A stretch of DNA of 48,613 nucleotides from a bacterium. GTDB taxonomy: Bacteria; Hinthialibacterota; Hinthialibacteria; Hinthialibacterales; Hinthialibacteraceae. Both the position numbers and the translations under genes were made by a program. The stretch lies in contig CAXXMV010000007.1 in NCBI GenBank assembly GCA_963662285.2, positions 1 to 48,613 on the forward strand. Direction: 5' to 3'. The notes under the pieces were generated by a model that saw only the letters and a program-made list of their open reading frames with translations, had not been told where the DNA came from and searched no databases. Every line of letters starts with the position of its first letter. The stretch's first letter is position 1. Positions 28,944 through 39,861 of this stretch are shown piece after piece.

Positions 28944-30149
28944 TTAGCTTTTTTCAGAAGACAAACCATATACTACCCCAATAATGCACCATGTAAAAAG
29001 ATGAGTATGAATACAGAAAAAGAGCGATGAGACAGCTATCATAATACAAACCAGCATCAATGCTCTTTTGGTATAATCCGGTTCGATGCCGGCGCTCTTA
29101 GTGATAAAAACCGAATTAAGCGTCATGCATATTAGATAGAAAAAAGAGAGGCATCCAAACAATCCTGTTTCTACCAACAACAAAGGGAAAGTCGCATCAA
29201 CCGTTGATGCGGTATAATCCAAGCCTGGATATTTCCACTGCATATAAGTTTCAAATTGACCCAGGCCGACTCCTAAAAATGGATGATTGATAAATTCATT
29301 CAAGGCATAAAGGCTATGACTGATTCTTTCCTGCAATCGTGGGCCTATCATCCATTGCTCTAGTTTCTCCCCGATACTCTCATGTCCTTGAACCAGATGT
29401 ATGAGGCCTATCAACAGAAAGGGTAGGATCCAAACCAGGTGTTTTTTTTGCAGCATCCCCGATGCGATAGAGAGGATTAGAAGTATAACCAGCAACAGGA
29501 CTCCACTTCGCGATTGAATCAGAAACACAAGAGTAACTATCAAATAAAAAATGATTATACGGATATTTTCCTGCTTCTGATCTTTTGCTTTATGAAGTAT
29601 GGCTAATGAGAATGGAATGATACTTACCAGCGCAATGGCATAATAATTCCAATCATTAAAACCTCCATTTAAATGGAAAGAAACCACTGAATAATTCTGA
29701 TAATACTGCACGCAGGAGATAAAGATGGATAATCCAATAATTGTTAAGAACAGAATGCAAATTTGATCAAAATTCTTGCGCTTTATGCTATTTCCTACGA
29801 AATAAGCAGCGGCGACATAAGCAACCAACCTGATTAATTCCAGAAAAGCGGCTATTGGTTTATAGGAAAAAAGGCAAGATGCTAAAGCGCTGAATATAAT
29901 AAAGATAAGCGGCGTTATCCATTTTTTATCCAGTTCTATTTTTGAAAGCAGAACAAGCCTTAGCACATAGGCGCCGAGAAATAACATCAAAAAGAGATCA
30001 GAAACCATCAACTGCGTTCCCGATATTTGCATCTTCCAGGTTTCCAATGTACTAAATAACAAAAGCAAACAGGCGCCGATCAATGGAAATGCTGAACAAG
30101 AAGCAATAATAAACAGAAATAAAAGACCAAAGAGTATTTTGCCTAACAT
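28944..30149 (-). CDS. O-antigen ligase/Wzy_C family membrane protein
   Basis: About 12 TMs; G.F.D.N, QSRSG, ER......F..HPFLGVGLGQF, LLVETGLFG. Confidence 0.8.
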   Translation of the reverse strand: MLGKILFGLLFLFIIASCSAFPLIGACLLLLFSTLETWKMQISGTQLMVSDLFLMLFLGAYVLRLVLLSKIELDKKWITPLIFIIFSALASCLFSYKPIAAFLELIRLVAYVAAAYFVGNSIKRKNFDQICILFLTIIGLSIFISCVQYYQNYSVVSFHLNGGFNDWNYYAIALVSIIPFSLAILHKAKDQKQENIRIIIFYLIVTLVFLIQSRSGVLLLVILLILSIASGMLQKKHLVWILPFLLIGLIHLVQGHESIGEKLEQWMIGPRLQERISHSLYALNEFINHPFLGVGLGQFETYMQWKYPGLDYTASTVDATFPLLLVETGLFGCLSFFYLICMTLNSVFITKSAGIEPDYTKRALMLVCIMIAVSSLFFCIHTHLFTWCIIGVVYGLSSEKS

Positions 30150-30204
30150 AATTAATATAGCGTCCTTAACTTAACATGGTGATAGTGTGTCATGCCAATC
30201 GTAT

Positions 30205-30261
30205 TGTCAACCTGGCGCAATCAATATAAATAGCAAGAATGGTTTCTGCCATTTTGGCGCA
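30205..30261. promoter_or_regulatory. Pair of putative enhancer-binding-protein sites
   Basis: tgtcaacctggcgca (30205-30219) and tgccattttggcgca (30247-30261), 42 bp apart, 140-200 bp upstream of the sigma-54 site. Confidence 0.5.
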
Positions 30262-30400
30262 TAGAGCTGCCAACCAGTCTCAATTAACTTGATTTTCACT
30301 CAATCCCCGATTCTATCGTATCTTTTCTATGGCTTTACAAGTTCAATTGAAACAGTAATATAGATAGCTGTTTGAATTAGTTGCCTAGGAAATAATACCC

Positions 30401-30417
30401 TTGGCGCCGCGATTGCT
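30401..30417 (+). promoter_or_regulatory. Sigma-54 (-24/-12) promoter for groES-groEL
   Basis: TTGGCGCCGCGATTGCT, exact GG-N10-GC spacing, about 90 bp before groES. Confidence 0.7.
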
Positions 30418-30505
30418 TATAGCGATATTAATAATAAATAATCATGAAATAATTTCATGTTAAATATCCATAACGTTATTGGTATTGAGAAAGGAGTTTT
30501 ACGTC

Positions 30506-30793
30506 ATGGCAGTTAAGCCGTTATCAGACAGAGTTCTAGTTAAAAGACTGGAATTATCGGAAGAAGTTAAAGGGGGAATCATTATCCCTGATACAGCCAA
30601 AGAAAAACCCCAGGAAGCAGAAGTTATTGCAGTAGGTCCTGGAAAGCGCGCCGAAGATGGCAGCCGGATCCCTATGGAACTAACAGTTGGTCAGAAAGTC
30701 CTGATCAGCAAATATGGAGGAACCGACATTAAAATCGATGGTGATGAGCATATTATCCTCCGCGAAGATGATATTCTTGCTGTTGTTGAATAA
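30506..30793 (+). CDS. groES: Co-chaperonin GroES
   Basis: [33 protein letters not shown]; AAGGAG RBS. Confidence 0.98.
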   Translation: MAVKPLSDRVLVKRLELSEEVKGGIIIPDTAKEKPQEAEVIAVGPGKRAEDGSRIPMELTVGQKVLISKYGGTDIKIDGDEHIILREDDILAVVE

Positions 30794-30843
30794 AAATCAG
30801 ATATTACAAAAAAGCCAAAAGCATTGATATATTAGGAGGCTAA

Positions 30844-32505
<1,662 letters not shown>

Positions 32506-32536
32506 GCCTCGATCATCCTATAAACGTTTCATCAAC

Positions 32537-32568
32537 AAGAGCCGCCCTTTCGGGCGGCTCTTTTATTT
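32537..32568 (+). terminator. Rho-independent terminator of groESL
   Basis: aagagccgccc-tttc-gggcggctctt followed by ttattt. Confidence 0.9.
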
Positions 32569-32607
32569 CAATCTAATCATAAATTGATAAAAAAAAAGTT
32601 GAATTAG

Positions 32608-33033
32608 TTAATTCATATCAGTAACTGCATCTTGATTTAATAGGGTTGAATTATCCAAATCATGGAAATAGGTTTTTTTACGAATATCATAAACCAGATT
32701 GATAAATTTCTGTTTCTGTATTGCTGAACCAGGACTCCCTAGAACTCGTGAAATTTCCTTGGTAGCTAATTCATCAAATAGTTTAATAGAAAACAGTACT
32801 GATACCGGCTCACTTAAAGCATATCGCTTGACAATATCAGTTAAAGCTGATTCCTGATCATCGTCAAATTCCAATAACGTCATCTCCTGCGTGAATTCCT
32901 GAAAAAGCTTAAAACGCCTAAAACGATAAACAATAAAAGAAATAATGAGAATCAAAGAAACTAACGTTACTAGAAAATATAACAGCTCAGTAGAGTCGCC
33001 TCCAGTTGGATTGAAGAATATTTTCTCTTGCAT
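32608..33033 (-). CDS. Hypothetical single-TM protein
   Basis: GGAGG RBS, one N-terminal TM followed by basic residues, helical cytoplasmic part. Confidence 0.7.
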   Translation of the reverse strand: MQEKIFFNPTGGDSTELLYFLVTLVSLILIISFIVYRFRRFKLFQEFTQEMTLLEFDDDQESALTDIVKRYALSEPVSVLFSIKLFDELATKEISRVLGSPGSAIQKQKFINLVYDIRKKTYFHDLDNSTLLNQDAVTDMN

Positions 33034-33512
33034 TTTATCCTCCGATTGTATGCATTCGCTGATTTTTTCAAAGATGATATGTCGCTTCTCTCCCTCTCGA
33101 CATTAACCTTTGTAGAATGATCCAATCGCAATCTTCAACCCGAGTATATATTATGATTAAATTTGATGAACATCATTAACTTATAAGCAAAAACAATACT
33201 TCTATCGCATTATTAATATAAATAAACTGATATAGTCATATTATTATCGACACAATTTTCAATAACTTTTCTTCTTTTTTTTCAAAACGTTACATACAAA
33301 ATATTTTCTTTGAAAATCATGTATTATCAAAATTAAATTCAAATAATCAAGAAAAATAACTATAATCAACTTCTGTATTCATAGGAACTAATTAGAATAA
33401 TAAAGAACTGAATATAAACGTTTTATAATTCTAGAATGAATTGCGTTATAACGCTCTTAATAGCGATAATAATCGAACAGATTTGCTATAACCACTCTAT
33501 AAGGAAAAATCA

Positions 33513-36071
33513 ATGAAAATTCGTCCGCGCCCATTCTATGTCGCCCCGGTACTTCCAGAAGAATTGAAGCCGCTTAAGGAAATCGCAATGAACGTGTGGT
33601 TTTCCTGGAACTGGGATGCAGTACGTCTTTTTATAAGGGTTGATGCGGTCCTTTGGGAAAAAGTTTACCAGAATCCAATAGCCATGCTTGGACAGGTTCC
33701 CCAATCCAGGTTGAAAGAATTAGCAAGCGATGACAGTTTCCTGGCCAATGTGGAACGCGTACATTCGGATATGAAGGCCTATTTGGGAAGCAAAAAATGG
33801 TATCAAAGAAACCATCAAGATAAGGAAGATTGTCTGATAGCATATTTTTCCTGTGAATATGGTTTGGACGAAGGTCTTCCAATTTACTCAGGAGGCTTAG
33901 GAATTTTATCGGGTGATCATTTGAAATCTTCTTCCAATATGGGCATCCCCCTGGTTGGCATCGGACTGCTTTACCGTCAAGGCTATTTCCGGCAATATTT
34001 GAATTCCGATGGTTGGCAGCAGGAAGAATACCCAGAGAACGATTGGTACAATATGCCAGTCGTATTAGAAACAGATGAAAATAAAAAACCCCTTACTATT
34101 TCAGTTGAGATGGGTAATACACAGGTCAAGGCTCAGATATGGCGCGTCCAGGTTGGTAATACGCGACTATTTCTTTTGGATACCAATTTCGATGAGAATA
34201 GCGAATGGGCCAAACCGATTACCACGCAATTGTATGGCGGCGACCGTGATATGCGATTGCGCCAGGAATTACTATTAGGCATCGGTGGAGTCCGGGCGCT
34301 GCGCAAATTGAATTTAGAGCCTACCGTTTTTCACTTAAATGAAGGACATTCGGCCTTTTTAATTTTAGAACGCATCCGGGAATTAATTCACAATAAAGGC
34401 TTATCTTTTAATGAAGCTTGTGAAGTAGTCCGTAATTCCAATATCTTCACAACACATACTCCCGTTCCTGCTGGTAATGAACAATTCGATTCCAGCCTAT
34501 TGAAAACATATTTAGTCAAGAAGATTGATGATTTGGGCATATCTTGGGATGATTTTATCGCTTCCGGGCGCGTTGATCCCAAAAATACTCAAGAATCTTT
34601 CGGTATGACTGTATTCGCCTTGCGCTATTCAATGTTCCGCAATGGAGTCAGTGAATTACATGGCCAGGTATCGCGAAAAATGTGGAAAGACATTTGGCCT
34701 GATGTCAATCCTAAAGAAATTCCTATAACTCATATAACCAACGGAATCCATACTCGTTCATGGTTAAACCATGATTTCGGCGATCTATTCGAATCATATT
34801 TGGGGCCTCGATTCGTATCTAATCCATGGGATTATGACATATGGGATAGAGTTGACCGGATACCCAATATTGAATTATGGCGGACGCATCAACGTAGAAG
34901 AGAAAGATTGGTATTCTTCGCCAGAAAAAGACTGCGTTGGCAATTGGAACGCAGAGGCGCTTCACAAGCAGAGATTCAAGCATCGGATGAAGTCCTTAAT
35001 CCTCACGCTTTAACTATTGGATTTGCAAGACGTTTCGCTACTTATAAACGGGCTGATTTAATCAATCGGGATATCGTACGCCTTGAAAAACTGCTCTGTG
35101 ACACGGATAAACCAATCCAAATTATCTTCGCAGGAAAAGCGCATCCACAAGATCATCCCGGTAAGGAAATCATCAAAAATATTATCCATACCATCCGTGA
35201 GGAACCTTTCCGTTCTCATGTCGTCTTTCTGGAGGACTATGACATAAACGTAGCCCGATATCTGGTGCAAGGCGTGGATGTATGGCTCAACACTCCCAGA
35301 CGTCCACAGGAAGCCTCTGGAACCAGTGGAATGAAAGTGGCCGCTAACGGCGGCCTCAATGTGAGTATTCTGGATGGTTGGTGGTGTGAAGGTTTTAATC
35401 CAGACACTGGTTTTGCTATTGGACGAGGCGAAGATTATAAAGACCTTGATAAACAGGATGATATTGAAAGTAAGGCGCTATATGATGTTTTAGAACGGGA
35501 AGTGATCCCGCTGTTCTACGGTAGAGATTCAACCGGCATACCACGAGGTTGGGTTGCAAAAATGAAATCTTCCATGATAGCGCTCGGAAGTTATTTCAAT
35601 ACGCACCGCATGCTTCAGGAATATACCGAAAAGTTATATCTCCCGGCTCATTCTATCGGACAAAATATGGTTGCCAATGATTACTCAAAGGGTAAAGAAT
35701 TGGCAAAATGGAAAAAACGTATTCATGATATATGGGATCAGGTTTCAGTTAAAAATGTTCAAATCAAGAGTGAAGATATCCGACTGGATGAAGATTTCAG
35801 CATCACCATTAACGCAGCCTTGGGGCAACTTACGCCTGAAGAGGTAATCGTTGAAGTGCTTTGCGGGAGATTGGACTCTCAAGCGGAAGATTTTGAGGAA
35901 GTTACGATTCATCAGACCAAAAATGCGGGTAAAAATCAAAGTGGAGATTATATTTTCCAAGTAGATATTCCATGCAACGAAAGTGGTCGGCATGGGTACG
36001 CCGTCAGGATTCGACCATATCATCCGGATTTGAACAGTAAGTTCTCGATCGATTATGTTACTTGGGGTTGA
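33513..36071 (+). CDS. glgP: Alpha-glucan (glycogen/maltodextrin) phosphorylase
   Basis: YSGGLGILSGDH, HLNEGH, FTTHTPVPAG, FARRFATYKRA, PLP motif EASGTSGMK. Confidence 0.97.
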   Translation: MKIRPRPFYVAPVLPEELKPLKEIAMNVWFSWNWDAVRLFIRVDAVLWEKVYQNPIAMLGQVPQSRLKELASDDSFLANVERVHSDMKAYLGSKKWYQRNHQDKEDCLIAYFSCEYGLDEGLPIYSGGLGILSGDHLKSSSNMGIPLVGIGLLYRQGYFRQYLNSDGWQQEEYPENDWYNMPVVLETDENKKPLTISVEMGNTQVKAQIWRVQVGNTRLFLLDTNFDENSEWAKPITTQLYGGDRDMRLRQELLLGIGGVRALRKLNLEPTVFHLNEGHSAFLILERIRELIHNKGLSFNEACEVVRNSNIFTTHTPVPAGNEQFDSSLLKTYLVKKIDDLGISWDDFIASGRVDPKNTQESFGMTVFALRYSMFRNGVSELHGQVSRKMWKDIWPDVNPKEIPITHITNGIHTRSWLNHDFGDLFESYLGPRFVSNPWDYDIWDRVDRIPNIELWRTHQRRRERLVFFARKRLRWQLERRGASQAEIQASDEVLNPHALTIGFARRFATYKRADLINRDIVRLEKLLCDTDKPIQIIFAGKAHPQDHPGKEIIKNIIHTIREEPFRSHVVFLEDYDINVARYLVQGVDVWLNTPRRPQEASGTSGMKVAANGGLNVSILDGWWCEGFNPDTGFAIGRGEDYKDLDKQDDIESKALYDVLEREVIPLFYGRDSTGIPRGWVAKMKSSMIALGSYFNTHRMLQEYTEKLYLPAHSIGQNMVANDYSKGKELAKWKKRIHDIWDQVSVKNVQIKSEDIRLDEDFSITINAALGQLTPEEVIVEVLCGRLDSQAEDFEEVTIHQTKNAGKNQSGDYIFQVDIPCNESGRHGYAVRIRPYHPDLNSKFSIDYVTWG

Positions 36072-36104
36072 TAATTCCAGTCTTAAATATGTTCGTTTAT
36101 TATT

Positions 36105-36144
36105 GCGTTTCAAAAAGTCCAACTACACGGGCTTTTTGAAACGC
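36105..36144. terminator. Hairpin between convergent glgP and pilin genes
   Basis: gcgtttcaaaaag...ctttttgaaacgc, perfect 13-bp stem. Confidence 0.65.
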
Positions 36145-36192
36145 TGATATTAACGTTATTATAAAAACATCTCTTTAACCTAACCAAAACCA

Positions 36193-36801
36193 TCACTGCT
36201 TCCAGGGTTTGTCATCCACCAGTTGAACTTCCCGGGCCGGTTCGCCCCCCTTGAACAAGTGGATATCTCCATTGCTGATCAAACCATTAGTGACTTGGTA
36301 GCGCGTTAAGTATTGGCAAAAAGGATAATTCGCCATTACATAAGAATCGTCAGCATAGTTTATTCCCAGACCAGAATCAGGACCAAGTGAAATCAACATC
36401 CAATCATTGAAAGGATAAGTATTATTTTTATCTGCTTTATGGTTACCCGACCCTAGTTCGTAGAGCGCATCGCCGACTTCTTTATCCATATCGTTGACTT
36501 TTATAAATTTAGCTTTGAATGGATCAATCAACTGAGCGGGATTGATATAACTTATGGGTGAAGATAATCCTATCCAGCCATTGGGACGCCGTATAAAACC
36601 ACGCCAGCCGTCATGAGGGTAGGAATTGTTATCTATCTGATATGACTCAAGGGCGGTTCTGACGCCCTGGAAATCAGACTGTACTCTGGCTAATTTTGCT
36701 TTGGTCTGTGCATTAAGAAAATTGGGTACAGCTATAGCCGCCAGAATACCGATAATGGCGACAACAATAAGTAATTCGATGAGAGTAAAACTGCGAGTCA
36801 T
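36193..36801 (-). CDS. Orphan GspG-like prepilin (paralog 1)
   Basis: MTRS|FTLIELLIVVAIIGILAAIAVPNF; ALESY.ID..SYP; DPF; SLGPD; Y..TNGLISNGDI; GGAG RBS. Confidence 0.88.
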   Translation of the reverse strand: MTRSFTLIELLIVVAIIGILAAIAVPNFLNAQTKAKLARVQSDFQGVRTALESYQIDNNSYPHDGWRGFIRRPNGWIGLSSPISYINPAQLIDPFKAKFIKVNDMDKEVGDALYELGSGNHKADKNNTYPFNDWMLISLGPDSGLGINYADDSYVMANYPFCQYLTRYQVTNGLISNGDIHLFKGGEPAREVQLVDDKPWKQ

Positions 36802-36835
36802 AGATTAGTCTCCCATAATCTTTGTTGTTCATGAT

Positions 36836-36934
36836 TAGAGCGGTTCTCAGAATAACGAGTGTTTAATCAGTAGTCGAAGAATTTTTAACATAACCAACGC
36901 TTTCATTCAGCATAACCTTATGTGAACCGCTTTA
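36836..36934. mobile_element. MITE-like element with imperfect 17-bp terminal inverted repeats
   Basis: tagagcggttctcagaa...ttatgtgaaccgcttta (14/17 match), TA at both ends. Confidence 0.5.
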
Positions 36935-37000
36935 CCTCATTACATTATCCGCCTCATAATACCAGAATTAATCAACCGAAACAAAAAAACAATATAAACA

Positions 37001-37061
37001 TTGACTTTTTTTCAGAAAATTTGCATGATATACTTGACAATAATCAGGTTGAGTTCATAAT
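37001..37061 (+). promoter_or_regulatory. Tandem sigma-70-type promoters for tRNA-Gly
   Basis: TTGACT-17-CATGAT (37001-37029) and TTGACA-16-CATAAT (37034-37061). Confidence 0.6.
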
Positions 37062-37091
37062 CTCATTCGGTTGACAGCCGTTAAGAAATGA

Positions 37092-37166
37092 GCAGGAGTA
37101 GCTCAGCGGTAGAGCTTCTCGTTGCCAACGAGAAGGTCGCGAGTTCAAATCTCGTCTCCTGCTCCA
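37092..37166 (+). tRNA. tRNA-Gly(GCC)
   Basis: Acceptor GCAGGAG/CTCCTGC, D arm GCTC/GAGC, anticodon loop TTGCCAA, T loop TTCAAAT, discriminator T plus CCA. Confidence 0.97.
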
Positions 37167-37175
37167 GAAAACAAT

Positions 37176-37205
37176 CCCCGCAGTGTAATGCTGCGGGGTT
37201 TTTTT
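37176..37205 (+). terminator. Rho-independent terminator of tRNA-Gly
   Basis: ccccgcagtgtaatgctgcgggg followed by T7. Confidence 0.9.
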
Positions 37206-37436
37206 ATATTTAAACCATAGATATTACCTACTTGATACTGAAGCCTATCCTATTTTCCACTACAATACAGTAATTTTATGTTACTATCATTAATAGGCTT
37301 TACTCTAATAAGATTGACTCTAACAGTTTTTGTACTCCATGTAAAATCTTGTAAAAGTAGAGTCATAGCATTTTTTTACGTATAAACCGTATTCATATAA
37401 TGGTATGATTGATTAATCATAAATGGGGTAATGTAA

Positions 37437-38117
37437 ATGACTCGTATTCTAATAATTGAAGATGAACCTGACATGAGACGCGGTCTTCAGGATAATCTTG
37501 AGTTTGAAAACTATCAGATTGTAACTACCGGCAACGGCAGCGAAGGCTTCCGTCTGGCTCAAAAAGAACATTTTGATCTGATCCTGCTCGACCTGATGCT
37601 GCCCGGCATGGATGGCATGGAAGTCTGCCGCAAGTTGAAAGAAGAGGGATCAACCATCCCTATAATCATGTTGACCGCACGGGGGTCTGAGACGGATAAA
37701 GTCGAGGGATTATTAACCGGCGCCGATGATTACATCACCAAACCCTTCAGCCTAAAAGAACTGCTGGCGCGTATTAAAGTTATTTTAAGACGGACTGAGG
37801 ATAAACCACCATCAATATCCGACATTGAATTTAATGACGTAAAAATTTCTTTTAATAAATATGAAGCTTATAAAAATGATCAGGATTTAGATTTATCTCC
37901 CCGTGAGTTTGAGATTCTTCGCTTATTCATCGAACACGAAGGAGAAACCGTAACCCGCGAAGATTTTCTCAAAGACGTCTGGGGATACACCAATTTCCCC
38001 CAAACCCGCACTGTCGATAACCATATAGCAAAACTACGCCAGAAGATCGAAGACGACGCCGATCATCCCAAGCATATCATCACCGTACATCGCATGGGAT
38101 ATAAATTTCTGCGGTGA
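37437..38117 (+). CDS. OmpR/PhoB-family response regulator
   Basis: ILIIEDE, LLDLMLPGMDG, PIIMLTA, GADDYITKPF; winged helix RTVDNHIAKLRQKIE, TV.RMGYKF. Confidence 0.96.
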   Translation: MTRILIIEDEPDMRRGLQDNLEFENYQIVTTGNGSEGFRLAQKEHFDLILLDLMLPGMDGMEVCRKLKEEGSTIPIIMLTARGSETDKVEGLLTGADDYITKPFSLKELLARIKVILRRTEDKPPSISDIEFNDVKISFNKYEAYKNDQDLDLSPREFEILRLFIEHEGETVTREDFLKDVWGYTNFPQTRTVDNHIAKLRQKIEDDADHPKHIITVHRMGYKFLR

Positions 38118-39551
38118 TTATTTTATAGTAATGACTCCCAAACGATAGCGCCGTTGTCCATCATCACCTTCCAGTGGTAATGCAATTCGCGGCGTCCCAT
38201 CGCGTTCTCCCACAGATATAAACACATCATACATACCAGGTTTGGTTGTAGGCGCAACTAAGCCGACAACAAATTCGCTCTGGCTTCTCTTAATTGGCGC
38301 GCCTGTAGCAGAGCCAACCTCCAGGTCGCGCATATTCAACGAATCGTCGCTCAATACTGAGACAATCCCGCCTTTTGAATCTTTGAGCGTCAAGGCTGGA
38401 AAACCGCCAGCATAACATGGAGCAACGCCTTTATTAGCCCATGTCCACTCAACCTTGAATCGCTTGCCTATTGTGATGGTCTTAGGCCAAGTAATTTCTA
38501 CTGGCTGAATCCGGTAGCCCATGCGCAGGTTGATCTGGTCGATGATTTCACGGTTCTCTTCGAGCAGTATTCTCGGCCACCAGTGGATCGACATAAAACT
38601 GGCATGGTAATCTTCTATTGATTTAATCAACCGATTCCCATCCCATGCCTTCCTCATTTTGGAACTGCCAAAATGCTCGTGTTCGAGAATAACGGGCAGC
38701 GTCGGCCAGAATTCCTGAGCCATCTCTGAGTGATACCATGAACGGGGGGGAGGTTGCACCATAATGCTATCGTCGCGAATCGACACGCCCCGGGATAGCG
38801 CATAATCGGTAATAGGAAAATTACGTCCGGGCTTATCATGTCCCGCAAAATCATCGCTGATGCAGAGTTGCGTATTCTTGAAATGCTTAACATGCAAATC
38901 GATATGCTTCTTCTGGATATCAATGCTATCCTGCTGGCTGCTCATGTGGGTGTGCCCTTCGCCCCACATACCAAAAGTGCCGACGTCAATGAATTCTACA
39001 TTCGGATTGCCGTCATACCGCAATGCGGCGGCGGCCAGAAAGTTATCCAGTTTCTCCAGAAATATAACGTCATCAAAAAACGGATCCCAGGGACCAGGAG
39101 TAGTTGTACGGCCTTCCCCGAACTTATAGTATGTTCCCTTGGCGCCCGCCTGCTTGACCCATTCCGGCGTAGCAAATGTCATCCAATTCTCAGAACAGGT
39201 CAGGCGCAATGCAATGCGTTTACCCTTGGCGATCCAACGCTGTGCTGGAGTATCGAGTATAGCCCAATTGAACTTGCCTTCTTCCGGTTCAATATACGCC
39301 CACGGGATACGCAAATACACAGTTGAGAGGCCGGGAAAATCATCCAGCGTATCAAATGGCTCAAGTTTTGATCCATAATTGGTAGGGATATTAGAATAGA
39401 AATGCATCGTCCAGCCCATCCCGGGATTAACCAATGCAACTTTAGTATCATGGGTATTGACGGTTACAACCTCTTCTGCGTTTATAATTCCAACTGTAAA
39501 TAGGAACATCAATACAAAAATACTTTTATTCAACATCTTCATGATATTCAA
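38118..39551 (-). CDS. Secreted GH-A-like glycoside hydrolase (DUF4832/beta-galactosidase-like); start probably 39542
   Basis: Signal peptide; LVNPGMGW, VYLRIPWAYIEPEEGKFNW, RYDGNP, G.FG.WGEGH; C-terminal MGYR...W.N.GVAP.Y domain. Confidence 0.7.
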   Translation of the reverse strand: MNIMKMLNKSIFVLMFLFTVGIINAEEVVTVNTHDTKVALVNPGMGWTMHFYSNIPTNYGSKLEPFDTLDDFPGLSTVYLRIPWAYIEPEEGKFNWAILDTPAQRWIAKGKRIALRLTCSENWMTFATPEWVKQAGAKGTYYKFGEGRTTTPGPWDPFFDDVIFLEKLDNFLAAAALRYDGNPNVEFIDVGTFGMWGEGHTHMSSQQDSIDIQKKHIDLHVKHFKNTQLCISDDFAGHDKPGRNFPITDYALSRGVSIRDDSIMVQPPPRSWYHSEMAQEFWPTLPVILEHEHFGSSKMRKAWDGNRLIKSIEDYHASFMSIHWWPRILLEENREIIDQINLRMGYRIQPVEITWPKTITIGKRFKVEWTWANKGVAPCYAGGFPALTLKDSKGGIVSVLSDDSLNMRDLEVGSATGAPIKRSQSEFVVGLVAPTTKPGMYDVFISVGERDGTPRIALPLEGDDGQRRYRLGVITIK

Positions 39552-39626
39552 AATCCTTTCTTATATATGACCAATTTCTGATTATTTTGGTTTAACACGA
39601 ATCTGAGTCTTTTTATATTATTTTTT

Positions 39627-39788
39627 TGTCTGAATCTGGATACCCTGGATTAGCAGGATTTTCAGGATTTTTCATCTTTAGCGCTTTATCAATTTCGGTT
39701 TATTCATATTTCCAATAGATGAATAACATAAAATAATAGATTCACCCATCATGAGCATCCTTTCATCCTGGCTATCCAGATTCAGACA
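39627..39788. repeat. Inverted-repeat-bounded element with internal GGAT periodicity
   Basis: Left tgtctgaatctggataccctggatt...; right end reverse-complement tgtctgaatctggatagccaggatg...; first 16 bp identical. Confidence 0.75.
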
Positions 39789-39861
39789 TTTTTTATGATA
39801 ATGAAACGCCCCCTCTGTAATGAGGAGGCGCGATTTCAATTAAATCAAGACCGCAACCAAC

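Noticed and set aside
30150-30505. CIRCE element before groES
   Set aside because: No TTAGCACTC-N9-GAGTGCTAA match found.
37092-37440. tRNA-Gly as an island integration site
   Set aside because: No integrase and no duplicated tRNA 3' end seen in the window; native terminator follows directly.
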